A stretch of DNA of 64,000 bases from Octopus sinensis (taxonomy: Eukaryota), in the NCBI RefSeq assembly GCF_006345805.1, contig NC_043006.1, positions 78,740,001 to 78,804,000 on the forward strand, in the 5' to 3' direction. Position numbers and translations under genes: made by a program. The notes below the pieces were generated by a model that worked only from the letters and a program-made list of their open reading frames with translations, did no database searches and was not told where the DNA came from. Positions 40,710 through 54,569 of this stretch are shown here, in pieces; position 1 is the first letter of the stretch, and each line of letters begins with the position of its first letter.

Positions 40710-41152
40710 TTATTTCCACTCCCTCTACGACCACCAACATCATTATCATCATCGTCACTGCAACTTCTGAAAACAACCCGCCGTTTCCACCATCACTACC
40801 ACTAACAACAAGTGGTTCGCAGCCGTTAGCAACATCATCATCGTCATTATCGTCGTCGTTGTCATCATCATCATCATCATAATAACTACCACAATAAATA
40901 ATTGGGCCGCTGTCTCTGTGAAAGACAAGAAAACACAAAGGTAATAAAATCTCAGAAGTTTACATATGACAATAGTAAGAAGCCCTTTGTTTCTGTTCAG
41001 TGGTAATCTCGTATTAAGGGAAGTCGATGGAAAGGCGTCCTGTACGGCGGTTTAGTGGTTTCTATCCAGTTACAGAAACATAGTTTAAATACCAAATTTA
41101 CTAAAGTTCGTTTATTCATTCTTATGGCTTCTGCCTAAGTTTCAACAGAAAG

Positions 41153-41191
<39 letters not shown>

Positions 41192-41307
41192 ACACACACA
41201 CACACACACACCACCACAACACACACACACACATAGAGGAATATATAGATACGTAAATATATTCATGTACAGGTATACATATTTATAGGCAAAGACAAAT
41301 ATACATA

Positions 41308-42010
41308 CGAGGGTGCGCTGAAAAATTCATAGGCTGACAAAGATACTCTCATTGAATGTGACCAGATGATGCTTATTTTTCAACACAGTCCTCATTGCTG
41401 TCCACACATTTCTATCGGTGTTGCAGTGTTGGGCTCCCATCTGTGAAAAAGGTTTCGTCTGCTTGGTCAGAAAAGTTATTAACAGTAGATATGACGTCAT
41501 CATCACTGCAATATTAATTCCCAGTCAACTATTTTTCATATTAGGGAACACATTATTGTTAGATGGGTCCAAATCAAGAGACTAGGGAGAGTGATCAATT
41601 CGTTCAAAGCCACAGTCACGCATAGCCGCCATTGAAACCAAGGACTTGTGCGCTGGAGAATTGTACTGGTGAAACACGATCCCTTTCGTTAGTTTTCCTG
41701 GGCTTTAGGTCTTGATTGCCTTTCGTAGCTTACTCAACAAGTTGGTATACTACTCTCCATTGATGGTGTGGCCCTTTTGAAGATGATCAATAAATTCAAT
41801 GTATTTTACATCCCAAAATACTTGCCATCACCTTCCCTGCAGATGAAAAGACCTTGACCTTCTTTAGAGCAGGTAAGGAGGGTTATTTCCTCTGTATGGA
41901 GTGTCTCTTTGTCCCTGGTTCAAGATGATGAAGCCAAAACGTCTGGATTAAGAAACAGCCAAAGAAATCAGCTGGATTTGTCTGAAAAGATGTCAGATTT
42001 TCCTATGATG
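41308..42010 (-). mobile_element. mariner transposase relic (second family), 3' half
   Basis: TA|CGAGGGTGCGCTGAAAA terminus; SAGKVMAS, GKLTKGIVFHQYNSPAHKSLVSMAAMRDCGFE..DHSP. Confidence 0.8.
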
Positions 42011-42049
42011 TAATCAGCCTGGAGTGCAATTTATTAGGTGTCAGAATAT

Positions 42050-42350
42050 ATATCAATAAGTATCCGGATTGTTGTCATAAAGCAATTCAGGATCACAACA
42101 CATAAATACACTGCATCACAATGTCTTTACCTCAACAGGTCCTGCCCTATTTAACATTGTCCGGAAACAGATCAAAGATGAAAAGCACCTTTCAACGGAG
42201 TCTGGACAAATTTCTTCAAGGATTACCAGATAAGCCACCTATACCTGGATACAACTCACTCAGCAAAAACTCCCTACTAGAATGGACCATGATACCACAC
42301 AACTTGACTTAAAAAAGTGATTTAGCTAATCCTATCAGTTGAGGCTATTA
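42050..42350 (+). mobile_element. CR1/L2-like LINE 3' end
   Basis: FQRSLDKFLQGLPDKPPIPGYNSLSKNSLLEW. Confidence 0.75.
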
Positions 42351-42360
42351 ATTTAGATGT

Positions 42361-42536
42361 TGACCGCTACCTCCCAAAGCTTTTTTTATTCTCTCTCTGT
42401 TTATTTCCTCGTGTTCCTTTCTGTTGAAGTGCGTAGGCTCGAAACGCAAAATACTTTCTCACCTTCTCGAGCGTTAAACTAATATGCCTGTTTGTTGTTT
42501 ATACACCTGTCTTCGGGGGGTTTTTCTGTAATTTTC

Positions 42537-42540
<4 letters not shown>
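42361..42540 (+). mobile_element. PLE-like terminal repeat with a degenerate hammerhead-like motif, ending in (TA)n
   Basis: CTTT CTGTTGA A GTGC-gtag-GCTC GAAAC GCA AAAT (42417-42452); several core and stem lesions. Confidence 0.45.
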
Positions 42541-42571
<31 letters not shown>

Positions 42572-42685
42572 CCTGCTCGCTTAGCCCGCGGGGTGGCGTC
42601 ATTTGAAGGTTAAAACAATGTGATGCGCATTGGGACCAGAGATGTGTAGCAACATCTGATAGCCTGGTCGGTCACGGTGATCACG

Positions 42686-42726
<41 letters not shown>

Positions 42727-43026
42727 GTGCGCGTGTGTGTGTGTGAGTGGATGTATGCACGTACGTGTGAATGTACGTATGTATGCATGTATATATAAAA
42801 GCGCATATTCATGCACAAGCTATATACACGCACAACTGTTGTGTGGACGCCCCCAGACGATAAATAGGCTAGTTCAATACGTATAAATAGTGGACGTGCT
42901 CGAACACACAAGTGCAAACAAGGGAGTCAGAGAAAGGCAGAATGCCACTTAAATCTGAACACTACTATAGAAATATTCTTTTAAAAAAACTTTTCTTCTA
43001 ATTTTTCTAAATTTAATTATTTAATC

Positions 43027-43072
43027 GTTACAGTTGAAAAGGTCTCAAAATGACCGAAACCGGTACTGAAAT
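43027..43072 (+). ncRNA. Apparently intact U3-A8 minimal hammerhead ribozyme (solo terminal repeat)
   Basis: GTTACAG TTGAAAA GGTC-tcaaaat-GACC GAAAC CG GTA|CTGAAAT; predicted cleavage after 43065. Confidence 0.85.
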
Positions 43073-43155
43073 GTTCACTATAAAATTATTTTAGCATTTT
43101 CTATTTTTTACTTGTTTTTTCATATATATCAACTCGTGTGTTCCTTTTCACCCTT

Positions 43156-43193
<38 letters not shown>

Positions 43194-43199
43194 GTTTGT

Positions 43200-43846
43200 G
43201 TGTCTGTGTTTGTCACCCCCACCATCGCTTGACAGCCGGTGCTGGTGTGTTTACGTCCCCGTAACCTATCGGTTCGGCACAAGAAAACGATAGAATAAGT
43301 AATAGGCTTACAAAGAATAAGTCAGGGGTTAATTTGTTCGACTAAAGGTAAGGTTCCAGCATGGCCGCAGTCAAATGACTGAAACAAGTAAATGAATAAA
43401 AGAATATATATCTTTCTACCCATATATATATATATTTATTTATTTATCTATTTATAATTTTATCTTTTGCTTCTTTCAGTCATTAGACTGCGGTCATGTT
43501 GGAGCAGGGTCTTGCAGAATTTTAGACGAACGAATCGACCCTAGTATTTCAAGTACTTTCATCGAACCACTACGTTACTAGGATGAAAACATAGCGACAC
43601 CGGTTGCCACGTGGTGGTGGTGAGAGACAAACACAGACACAAAACACATGCACACCCATGTAGATATATATTCATGTTATATATATATATATGATATATA
43701 TATTACATATATATATGTGTGTATATGTAGATATATATATATATGTATATAAATGTATATATATAATATATTATATGTATATGTATATAATATATGTATA
43801 TATATAATAATATATATGTATATATATGTATATATATACATATATA

Positions 43847-43890
<44 letters not shown>

Positions 43891-44285
43891 AGTGGCTTTG
43901 TGGTAAGTAGCTTGTTTACCAACCACATAGTTCCGGGTTCAGTCCCACTGCGTGGCACTTTGGGCAAGTGTCTTCTACTATAGCCTCGGGCCAACCAAAG
44001 CCTTGTGAGTGGATTTGGTAGACGGAAACTGAAAGAAGCCCGTCGTATATATGCATATATATATGCGTGTGTGTGTTTGTGTGAGTGTGTTTGTCCCCCT
44101 AGCATTGCTTGACAACCGATGCTGGTGTGTTTATGTCCCCGTCACTTAGAGGTTCGGCAAAAGAGACCGGATAGAATAAGTACTGGGCTTACAAAGAATA
44201 AGTCCCGGGGTCGAGTTGCTCGATTAAAGGCGGTGCTCCAGCATGGCCGCAGTCAAATGACTGAAACAAGTAAAAGAGTAAAAGA

Positions 44286-44329
<44 letters not shown>

Positions 44330-44642
44330 TGTGTCTGTGTGTGTCTTTGTGTCTATGTTGCCCCCATCCGTCACTTGACAACCGGTTTTGGCGTGTTTAT
44401 CTTCGCGTAACAAAGCAGTTCGGTGAAAAAGAACGATAGAATAAGTAATAGGCTTACAAAGAATAAGTCATGGGATTGGTTTCTTCGACTAAAAATCACT
44501 TCAAGGCGGTGCTCCAACATGACCGCAATCACAGGACTGAAACAAGTAAAAGAAAAGAATAAAGGAATACACACACACACACACACAAACACACATATAT
44601 ATATGAATATATATATGGTATGTATATATATATATGTATATA

Positions 44643-44673
<31 letters not shown>

Positions 44674-44930
44674 TGTGTGTGGTGTGTTGTGTATAGTGTG
44701 TGTGTGTGTGTGTTGTGTGTGTGTGTCTGTGTTTGTCACCCCAACATCGCTTGACATCCAATGCTGGTGTGTTTACGTCCCCGTAACTAGCGTTCGGCTT
44801 ATTTCTTTGTAAGCCTAGTACTTATTCTATCGGCCTCTATTGCCGAACCGCTAGTTACGGGGACGTAAACACACCAGCATTGGATGTCAAGCGATGTTGG
44901 GGTGACAAACACAGACACACAAACACATAC
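43200..44930. mobile_element. Cluster of about six SINE family B copies and fragments interleaved with (TA)n and (CA)n
   Basis: Full plus copy at 43888-44286; other halves in both orientations. Confidence 0.85.
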
Positions 44931-45094
44931 ACACACATACATACATACATACATACACACACATACATATATATGTATATATATATATATTTATATACAT
45001 ACATACAACATACATACATACATAAACACACACAGTCACACATATGCACGCACACATACCCACATACATAAATACATACATAAAGGCGGTAAGG

Positions 45095-45095
45095 C

Positions 45096-45182
<87 letters not shown>

Positions 45183-45213
45183 CAGATAGATAGATAGATA
45201 GATAGATATAGAC

Positions 45214-45253
<40 letters not shown>

Positions 45254-45387
45254 GGATAGATGGATAGACAGATAGATAGATAGTGATAGATAGATAGATA
45301 GATAGATAGAATAGATAGATAGATATATATATAGATAGATAGATACAGATAGATAGACAGATAGATATAGAAGATAGATAGATAGAC

Positions 45388-45452
<65 letters not shown>

Positions 45453-45475
45453 TATAGATAGATAGATAGATAGAC

Positions 45476-45541
<66 letters not shown>
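45095..45541. repeat. (TAGA)n microsatellite, about 450 bp
   Basis: Read directly. Confidence 0.95.
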
Positions 45542-45543
<2 letters not shown>

Positions 45544-46909
45544 TTGTGTTGTATGTAATATCGTGCAGTGATGTCTGTGAAATCTTCTGTGTAAAGCTAT
45601 GTGCGTAAGACCCTGGCAGAACGGTCTTTTATGAAAGTTCCTTTCTCTTCTCTCTCTCCCCTTCTTTTTCTTGCGTAACATATAAAGCACCCCCTCTTTC
45701 TACTTTTTTTTTCTTTTCTTTTTCTTTCTGTGATTGGCTACGACCAGGAATATTTGACTGCTATTTCTAATAACTATTTTCATTACCCAAAAGTTTCTAT
45801 GCTTTCGTTTTTTTTTTGTTATGCTTTACTTGTTTAAATTTAATTTTTGTGTCTGTAATTCGTATCGGCGAGCGTGTATGAACGTGTGAAATTGTGAATT
45901 TTGTATATGATTATGCACGCAAGTTAATGTCGCATATGAACGAGAAAATTCTGAAATCCTTTTTTAATGTATAGTTTGCGTGTGCATGTGTGTGCGTGTT
46001 GACATGTGTGTATGTGTGTTGTGTGATCGCGTGAGAACGCTTGTGTGGATGTGTGCATGTGTGCATGCAAGCATATCGAATATTACCAATGAGAGCAGAC
46101 AGTAGGCCACGCCTCCATACACAACGAAAGTCACTATTGACGCTACTACAAGCATTTAGGTTCATGAATATATATATCTATATAGTTAACAAAAACACAC
46201 CTCGCTTTTTATAATAATAACTATATCAACAACAGAGCGGGGTTTTGTTGTTGAGTTTTTTTTATTGGGTGGAGGTACAACTACAGATTTTGCCCGAATT
46301 TCAGCTAAAACAGTGGATATTATTATTTTGTAGTTAATATTTTCTATTTATTCGTAATATTTTTTCATTTATTTTTATAATTGTTTGGGTTATTTTTCTT
46401 TATTTTGGATCTCAAATTTAACCTGGATCTTACTTCGTTGCCATTTTAAGGATATTTTTTCTTTTTTTAAACCAAAGAAGAAAAGCAGGAACGAAACAAA
46501 ACAAAAAAGAAACTAATATAACTCCGCCGTGAAACTTAAGGAATACACCTCAAGATATATGTATGTGTGTATATGTATATATATATTGTAGAAATGATGG
46601 TTTTAAGTTGCTAACGAAGATTATTTAAAAAAACAATCAATGACAGAAGCAGAAGAGACTACTACTTGAAAAAGAAATCTGTATAATTACATAACAACAG
46701 AGGAATATAACAAATCAAACGGATATTAATTTAAACAATTTCTACATAAATAAAAACAATATGGAATTTAAAATTTCTACACAAAGACTAATTACTATAT
46801 TAGTCGCAATTACGTGTCTTGGTGAATTAAAGTTCGCGCTAAGCACAGTAAGTAACTTGTTTTTTTTTTTCATATATGTATAATTATAATTAATTATAAT
46901 TAGTTGGAT

Positions 46910-47301
46910 CAGTAGCGTCGCAGACAAACTGCTTGGCAGTAGTGACATTTCTTAAAGCTCTTTACGTCATGAGTTCAAATTCCGCCGAAGTCGACTTCAC
47001 CTTTCATTTCTTTAGGGTCGGTGTAATCGACTTGCCCCTTCCACCCAAAGTTGCTGGCATTGTGCCAAAATCTGAACCCATTATAAAGACTATGAGCTAG
47101 CACAAACGTTGGCACGTCGGACAAAATAATTAGCTGTATTTCTTCTAGTTCTTCACATTCAGAGTTCAAATTCCGCCGTGGTCAACTTTCCCTTTCATCC
47201 TTTCAGAATCGATAAAGTACCAGTTATGCACTGGGGTCGATGTAATCGACTTATCCACTCCCTCAAAATTTCAGGCCCTGTGCCTATAGTAGAAAGGATT
47301 A

Positions 47302-47350
<49 letters not shown>

Positions 47351-47352
47351 CA

Positions 47353-47395
<43 letters not shown>

Positions 47396-47402
47396 CATCA
47401 TC

Positions 47403-47461
<59 letters not shown>

Positions 47462-47675
47462 GAAGGGGGCGAGCTGGCAGAATTGTTAGCACGCCGGACG
47501 AAATGCTTAACGGTATTTCGTCTGCCGTTACGTTCTGAGTTCAAATTCCGCCGAGATCGACTTTGCCTTTCATCCTTTCGGAGTCGATAAATTAAGTACC
47601 AGTAAAACACTTGGGTCGATGGAATCGACTAGTCCCCAACCCCAAAATTTCAGGCCTTGTGCCTATAGTAGAAAG
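46910..47675 (+). mobile_element. Three SINE family A copies separated by (ATT)n
   Basis: Family A core motifs; full head at about 47463. Confidence 0.8.
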
Positions 47676-47685
47676 GATTATTATT

Positions 47686-47718
<33 letters not shown>

Positions 47719-48282
47719 GTTATTATTATTATTATTATTATTAATTTCTGTTGGGGGGGGGGCCTAATTTTCTTTCTTTTTCTTCTTTATTTTTCATTAC
47801 CCTCATTTTAAATTGAGTTTGTTGTTATTTTTGTTATTATTGTTATAGTTGTTATTATCTTTGATACTGCAGCCGCTGCTCTTCCTACTGTTTACACCTC
47901 CCCCCCACTGCCACTACTGCTACCACCACCGATCGAAGATCAGCATCCCAGCTGTAGCATCTGTTTATAGATCCAACGTAATAGTACATTACACTATGTT
48001 TACTTACCATTTTGTAAGGTTTTTCTTTTTAGACGGCAAATTTAAGGAAGAAATGTCTACTCTGTCTAACAGGTTGAACGTCCATGTATTATATATTGCA
48101 CGTTGGTTCATATTGAGTTTTTGTTTTAGCCGTTGTTGTTGTTGTTGTTGCTGTTGAGTAAGTGTCAGGTCTGTCCCAACTGAGCGTTCCAACTTTGATA
48201 AGAACTTTTCTTTTTAAGCAGAGCATAATCTCTTTCTTTCTTCCTTTCTTTCTGTCTTTCTTCGTTCCTCTTTCTTTCAATC

Positions 48283-48388
<106 letters not shown>

Positions 48389-48398
48389 AAATAGATAG

Positions 48399-48463
<65 letters not shown>

Positions 48464-49216
48464 TGCTTCTTTATTAGCCACACAGGGCTGAACACAGACG
48501 GGGCAAATTACAAGGTAGAGCTTTTCTTTTTGGGGAGAAAAAAAGCGGGGTAGATTTTCGATCAAAAGGGATCGTAGAAAGGAAAGAAAAAAACGGTCAA
48601 GATAGATAGATAGATAGAAAAACGGACTTATCTAACGTGTGCTGTCCTGTTGTTTGTTTTTCTTTATAAGACAGTACGACAACATTTGAGGGATGTCTGC
48701 CAGCTGTTTCTATCGGATCGAACTAATATGGTGCTACGTTTTCTCGGAAATCAATATATCTTACCTGTGATAATAAAAACGAGCAGAGTAATTTGTAGTT
48801 TCCTATCGATCGAACACTGAAGTACATATTGATCTTGTAGCAGAATTTACACCACTTCTCTTTAGTCCCAGGTCAACTATGGTCAGAAACACCTATGATC
48901 AAGGACACTCCATTCTGGCCCATCGCTTAATTTGGGGAAAATCTATTATTATATTATTCAATGTAGCTTTTCTTTTCCGAAAATGATAACCCTTTAAGAA
49001 AGATTTGACGCTTAAAAAACAATCAAATACAGATTACTTCATTAAACCCCTAACACAGTATTTTCGAATGTGAGGTCTAAGAATACAGAAGGTTGCACAA
49101 ATGCAAAAACAAAACTCGAGTTTTGTGACAGAAAGTGACCTTTAGAAAATAAGATTTCGTAAAAATATATAAGAAAATGGTATTTACAATTTTTAAAAAA
49201 CAAGGTTATATATATG

Positions 49217-49356
<140 letters not shown>

Positions 49357-49363
49357 GTATATA

Positions 49364-49398
<35 letters not shown>

Positions 49399-49467
49399 GT
49401 GTGTGTGTGTGTGTGTGCGTGTGTGTGTATGTGTGTGTATGCATTTACATATGTATATATATATATC

Positions 49468-49673
49468 TTTCTTTTACTTGTTGCAGTCATTTGACTGCGG
49501 CCATGCTGGAGTACTGCCTTTAGTCGAGCAAATCGACCCCGGGACTTATTCTTTGTAAGCCTAGTACTTATTCTATCGGTCTCTTTTGCCAGACCGCTAA
49601 GTTACGGGAATGTAAACACACCACCATCGGTTGTCAAGCGATGTCGGGGGGGGGGACAAATACACAAATACAA

Positions 49674-49708
<35 letters not shown>

Positions 49709-49878
49709 CATATATACGACAGGCTTCTTTTCAGTTTCCGTCTACCAAGTCCACTCACAAGGCTTTGATCGACCCGTGGCTATAGTAGAAGACATTTGCC
49801 CAAGGTGCCACGCAGTGGGACTGAACCGGGAACCATGTGATTGGTAAGCAAGCTACTTAACACACACCCACTTCTGCG

Positions 49879-49880
<2 letters not shown>
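49468..49880 (-). mobile_element. SINE family B, full length
   Basis: Head, core and tail present. Confidence 0.85.
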
Positions 49881-49941
<61 letters not shown>

Positions 49942-50115
49942 GGGAGAGAGAAAGGCGCAGATGTGGCTGTGTTATGAAAAGTTTGCTTCACAACAACTTG
50001 GTTCCGGGTTCAGCGTTACTGTGTAGCACTTTGAACAAATTTCTTCTATTGTAGCTTAGGGACAACTAAATCCGTGTAAGTGTATTTGACAGACGAAAAC
50101 TGCAAGAAGCCTGTC

Positions 50116-50260
<145 letters not shown>

Positions 50261-50269
50261 TCATGTACA

Positions 50270-50712
50270 TTGTTTTGTCTTGATATAAAAGATGGGCTAC
50301 AGCAAATACTCTGCTCAGAGCATGTCCCTTGGTGGCTGACAATATGTGCATCTCTGATCATGAGCAAGAGTAGTGGGGGAGCATCATAGCCGTGTGTTGA
50401 AAGGAATTCTTGGGGGTTTGGCTAATTCACCTTTGGAAACATGGGTGGTTCGTTCAACATCCTTAAACAACCCTTATTCAGGGACCTTTTGAGCGGGATG
50501 GGCTACTCGACCAGAAGAAAATTCTAACTGGGCCCCACCTGCAAGGTCATGTGCTGTTTATCTTGATATGAGATCACCATGTCGCGCACATATGGTTGTG
50601 ATGCATGTGCCTAGTGTACCCTTATCAGACGGGTAGTCATGATTGGTATACTGGTTTTCGTATATTTTACTTCAGTGTCACTTTGATGGCATGCACTGCT
50701 CTCTCACTCAAT
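50270..50712 (+). mobile_element. Unclassified non-coding insert bounded by (AAT)n on both sides
   Basis: About 440 bp of GC-richer sequence between two AAT tracts; pattern fits the 3' UTR of a microsatellite-targeting element, class not determined. Confidence 0.4.
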
Positions 50713-50812
50713 AATAATAATATTAATAATAATAATAATAATAATAATGTGAGGGAATATTATTCCAAACTTACAGGGAGAATTCAATTTAGAAATACTA
50801 AATCAAATTTCA

Positions 50813-50876
<64 letters not shown>

Positions 50877-50884
50877 TAGATAAA

Positions 50885-51165
50885 AAAACACCTTTTATCA
50901 ATTCAACAATAAAAAAATTACCATATAGAAAAATACCATATAGAAAAAAATTACATCCTATAGAAAAATTAAATATAAGATAAAAACATATACCAGTGAT
51001 TAAGTAATGTGCAAAATAATAAGTAGATAAAACGTATATATTTGGTAAAATATACCAAATATATACGTTTTATTTAATATTTTGCACATTATTTAATCAG
51101 CGGTATATGTTTTTATCTTATGTTTAATTTTTTCATTGTTGAATTGATAAAAGGTGGGGTTTTCT
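50885..51165. repeat. Imperfect AT-rich inverted repeat between (TA)n tracts
   Basis: Perfect 20-bp core hairpin 51028-51047 / 51053-51072 with diverged outer arms. Confidence 0.75.
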
Positions 51166-51589
51166 CTCATATATATATATATATATACTATATACCTAGT
51201 TATATATATACTAGGTATATATATATATATATATACTAGGTATATATATATATACCTAGTTATATATACTTATACATATAAGTGAACCTTTTCTGTCAAA
51301 CATTAGGTTTTAAAAATATGGGAGTTTCTTCTACATGGATAGTGTTGTAGATGCTATAGATGGGAAGGATGAATTCCCTTCGCAAATGCTCATTGGACAC
51401 AGATAGTGTGTCGAGGGCCAGCTGGATGAGATGTCTTCCTGGGGTTATAAACAACAATAGCATCATCCCATATGGGATACCCACATTTAGGTGGCAAATA
51501 TACTCCACAATGTCGTGCTGCTAATGTTTACATCTCGCTCAGATTATTATTATCATTATTATTATTGTTGTTGTTGTTGTTGATAAGTT

Positions 51590-51749
51590 CCGGCGAAGTC
51601 GACTTTGACTTTCATTCTTAAGTACCAGTGAAACACTGGGGTCGATGTAATCGACTAGTCCCCGCACCCAAAATTTCAGGCCTTATGCCTTTAGTAGAAA
51701 GATTATTATTATTATTATTATTATTAGTAGTAGTGGTAGTAGTAGTAGT

Positions 51750-51792
<43 letters not shown>

Positions 51793-51930
51793 AGTAGCAG
51801 TAGCAGCAGTAGCATGAATTTTAGTATTGGTATTAAGGCGGCGAGCTGGCACAATCGTTAGCACGTCCAGCGAAATGATTGAACACTGTTTCGTCTGTCT
51901 TCGTGGTCTGAGTTCAAATTCCGCCGCAGT
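51590..51930 (+). mobile_element. SINE family A fragments
   Basis: 3' half at 51590-51705; head at 51835-51930. Confidence 0.7.
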
Positions 51931-52399
51931 TGGACGGCCCCCGAATACTATAGAAGATACATGTGCAAGGAGCCATGCAGCAGTACGACTGAACAGTGAA
52001 CCACGTTTTGGGAAGTAAACGTCTTACCACAGAGCCATGCAAACAGTTTTTGCACAATACTCATTGAAATGGAGCTTTCTTGGTTGGACGGAAAACCACA
52101 AGTCATAGCGTTTAAACAAGGCACATAAGTTAAGAATGGGATATTAATAACAGTATATTAATGGAGTCCCTTTTAATTTTGCGTATTTTCCCTCTATCCA
52201 TAAAGTTTAATTTTTATGTGTGAGTGCATGATACAGAACAAGAAATTTCGCACTTCTTTTTATAATTTTATAATCTCTACATATAGCACTAAATATGAAA
52301 TAAAACAAAAAGTGTAAAAGAAAAAAGTATGACGATTCATACCGGTACAAATACGAAGAAAATTTACTTATAGTTCATCAGAATATCTGGAAAAAGAAC

Positions 52400-52620
52400 A
52401 GAAAAATATAATTCCACAGAAGGTCAATGAGGTCCATTTGGACCCCAATGACTATATTTTATTCTATAAACATCCATATGACTGGGAATTTTAAACTCAT
52501 ATTATGTATGTGAATACATAAACTATTGACAATGAAAGTCATGAGATATAAACTCATTTAAATGAAAAATGTAAAAGTTGCATAACTTTTAAAATTTGCT
52601 GGGATCCCACGAAGGGTTAG
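52400..52620. mobile_element. Possible piggyBac-like MITE end
   Basis: Ends CCCACGAAGGGTTAG (compare ...GGG|TTAA); subterminal palindrome GGTCCATTTGGACC; other end not found. Confidence 0.3.
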
Positions 52621-53229
52621 GAAAAAAATTAGGCTGAAAATGTCGATTACGGTAATTCAAAGCATCGTCGCAGCCATCTCCGTTCGTCCTTTTTTCTTAC
52701 ATGCTTTTTTTCCCCATTAATGATTTATACAACTCTCGGAGTGCCGTAGACTAAAAGATAGGGATTCTTCGTATATTTTTATGAGATATTTTTTTAATCA
52801 CGTGTACTTGACTTTTTTCTTCTTCTTAAAGGGGAAAATTACTATTTTATTTAAAATAAAATAGTAATCGTGAATTATATTTGCCACTTAAATGTGGCTA
52901 ACCCCTAAGGGTGGATGCTTCTGTAGCTTGTAGCCCTAGGAGGACACCTCCTCCAGCTGGCTATTGACACACTTTCTATGCCCTATCAGTATTTGCAAAG
53001 GGAAGCCATCCTTCCCGTCTTCAACCTATGATACACACGGACTCGAGTTTCTGGGTATTGACCCGTCATCAGCGTGTGACAATCAACGGTTGTCGTTGAA
53101 AAGTAGGCCTCCCTTTGCAAATATATATCCTTCTTTCCAGTGAAGAAACTGTCACTGATATCGAAAAAGTGTAAACAAGCAATAATAAATCTCTGAGCGA
53201 GGTATAAAGAGTAGGTGCACGACATCGTG

Positions 53230-53960
53230 ATCATCCTAATCAAAAGGCAGAAACATAATCAGACTATCTCTTTGTAGACGAAGATCAGTTGCAATGAGTG
53301 CAGTTGAATCTCATAAGAACGGACAAGCAAACAAGAACAAATCAGTTATACCTTATAACGAAACGCTTTTAAAAGCATTCAAGTGTCACTGCAACGTTAA
53401 AATCGTTGCCTCAGTGAGGTCAATTAAGTACGTTATCAGGTACATGCAGAAAGAAAACATGATCAAGCCGCTGTTCAAATAAACAATATTAATGAAATTA
53501 GTCAATGGGTGGGTATATTGGACCATCCGAAACAGTTGCATCCATTTTAGGAATTTCTATTCACGAAAGAGGACCTGTAATAGTGAGACTGCAAGTGATC
53601 TACCAGATGAACAAAGAATATTGCTCAGAAATAATGAGGCTACGGCTGTCAATGAACGACATATGAGAACCACATTGACAGAATTCTTTTCATTGTGAAT
53701 CAATGATGAATTTGCAAATAGAAAAAAAAAACACTTCATGCTGAAGTACCCGGGTATTTCACTTGGAACAGTAATAACAAAGAATGGCAAAGAAGGAAGC
53801 GAAGAAAAAAAATATTGAAGGCCATTTGAATGTTTTCAAAGAAGAAACACTTGGTCGTATTTATGTTGTCACAACAAAGGCGGGAGAACTGTATTATGTA
53901 AGAGTTTCATTGCATGAAGTTCGAAATAGTATTTTTTTTCCTCTACTGCTGCGCATCGAC
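53230..53960 (+). mobile_element. Helitron RepHel relic
   Basis: VIPYNETLLKAFKCHCNVKIVASVRSIKYVIRY, LPDEQRI, TTLTEFF, TLGRIYVV..KAGELYYVR..LHEVR; same region as the 27.1-27.9 kb relic. Confidence 0.8.
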
Positions 53961-54569
53961 ATTTTCAACTTGGAGTTGTTGTGACCCAACGGGTGACGGG
54001 TACATCTACCATATATACATATGTGTGTATGCTATGTGTGTGTGTGATTGTGTTTGTGTATACATCTGTGTGTGTTTGTGTTCGCGCGCATGTTTGTGTA
54101 ATTGTCTGTCTGTCGCCACTTAATATTTGTATTAATCTGTTTACGTCTCTACCACCGGGTGGTTTGTACAAAAGGCACTCATAAAGAGCCAAGATTCAAT
54201 CCCAGTATAAATGCTGGTGTCTATTTAATCGATTAATCAGTGCAAAGCGGCGCCCCAACATTGCCATAGTGCAAGTAAAAAGAGTAAACGTCTAAATGTT
54301 GACAGTAGACGTAGCTAAACTTTCCAAGATACGATGATGTCGAGAACTAACAATTTTTCTCCGATCTGTCACTGGTGGTGTGCGCTGAAGATGTATCATC
54401 TCCACAACTCTCTTTTGTCGTTTCATCAATAACCATCCTCCAACTTAATCCAAAAGTGTGCAGATTAGGCAAACTAGAGAACTCTTACGATGTAATACAG
54501 CCTGTTAGAAATAGCAGCCAAATATCCATAAATTCACATGCTAACGTCATGGAAAAGAATACATGTATT

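Noticed and set aside
48960-49200. Possible CR1 RT fragment (RPHI...YCV) on the minus strand
   Set aside because: Too degenerate to support by eye.
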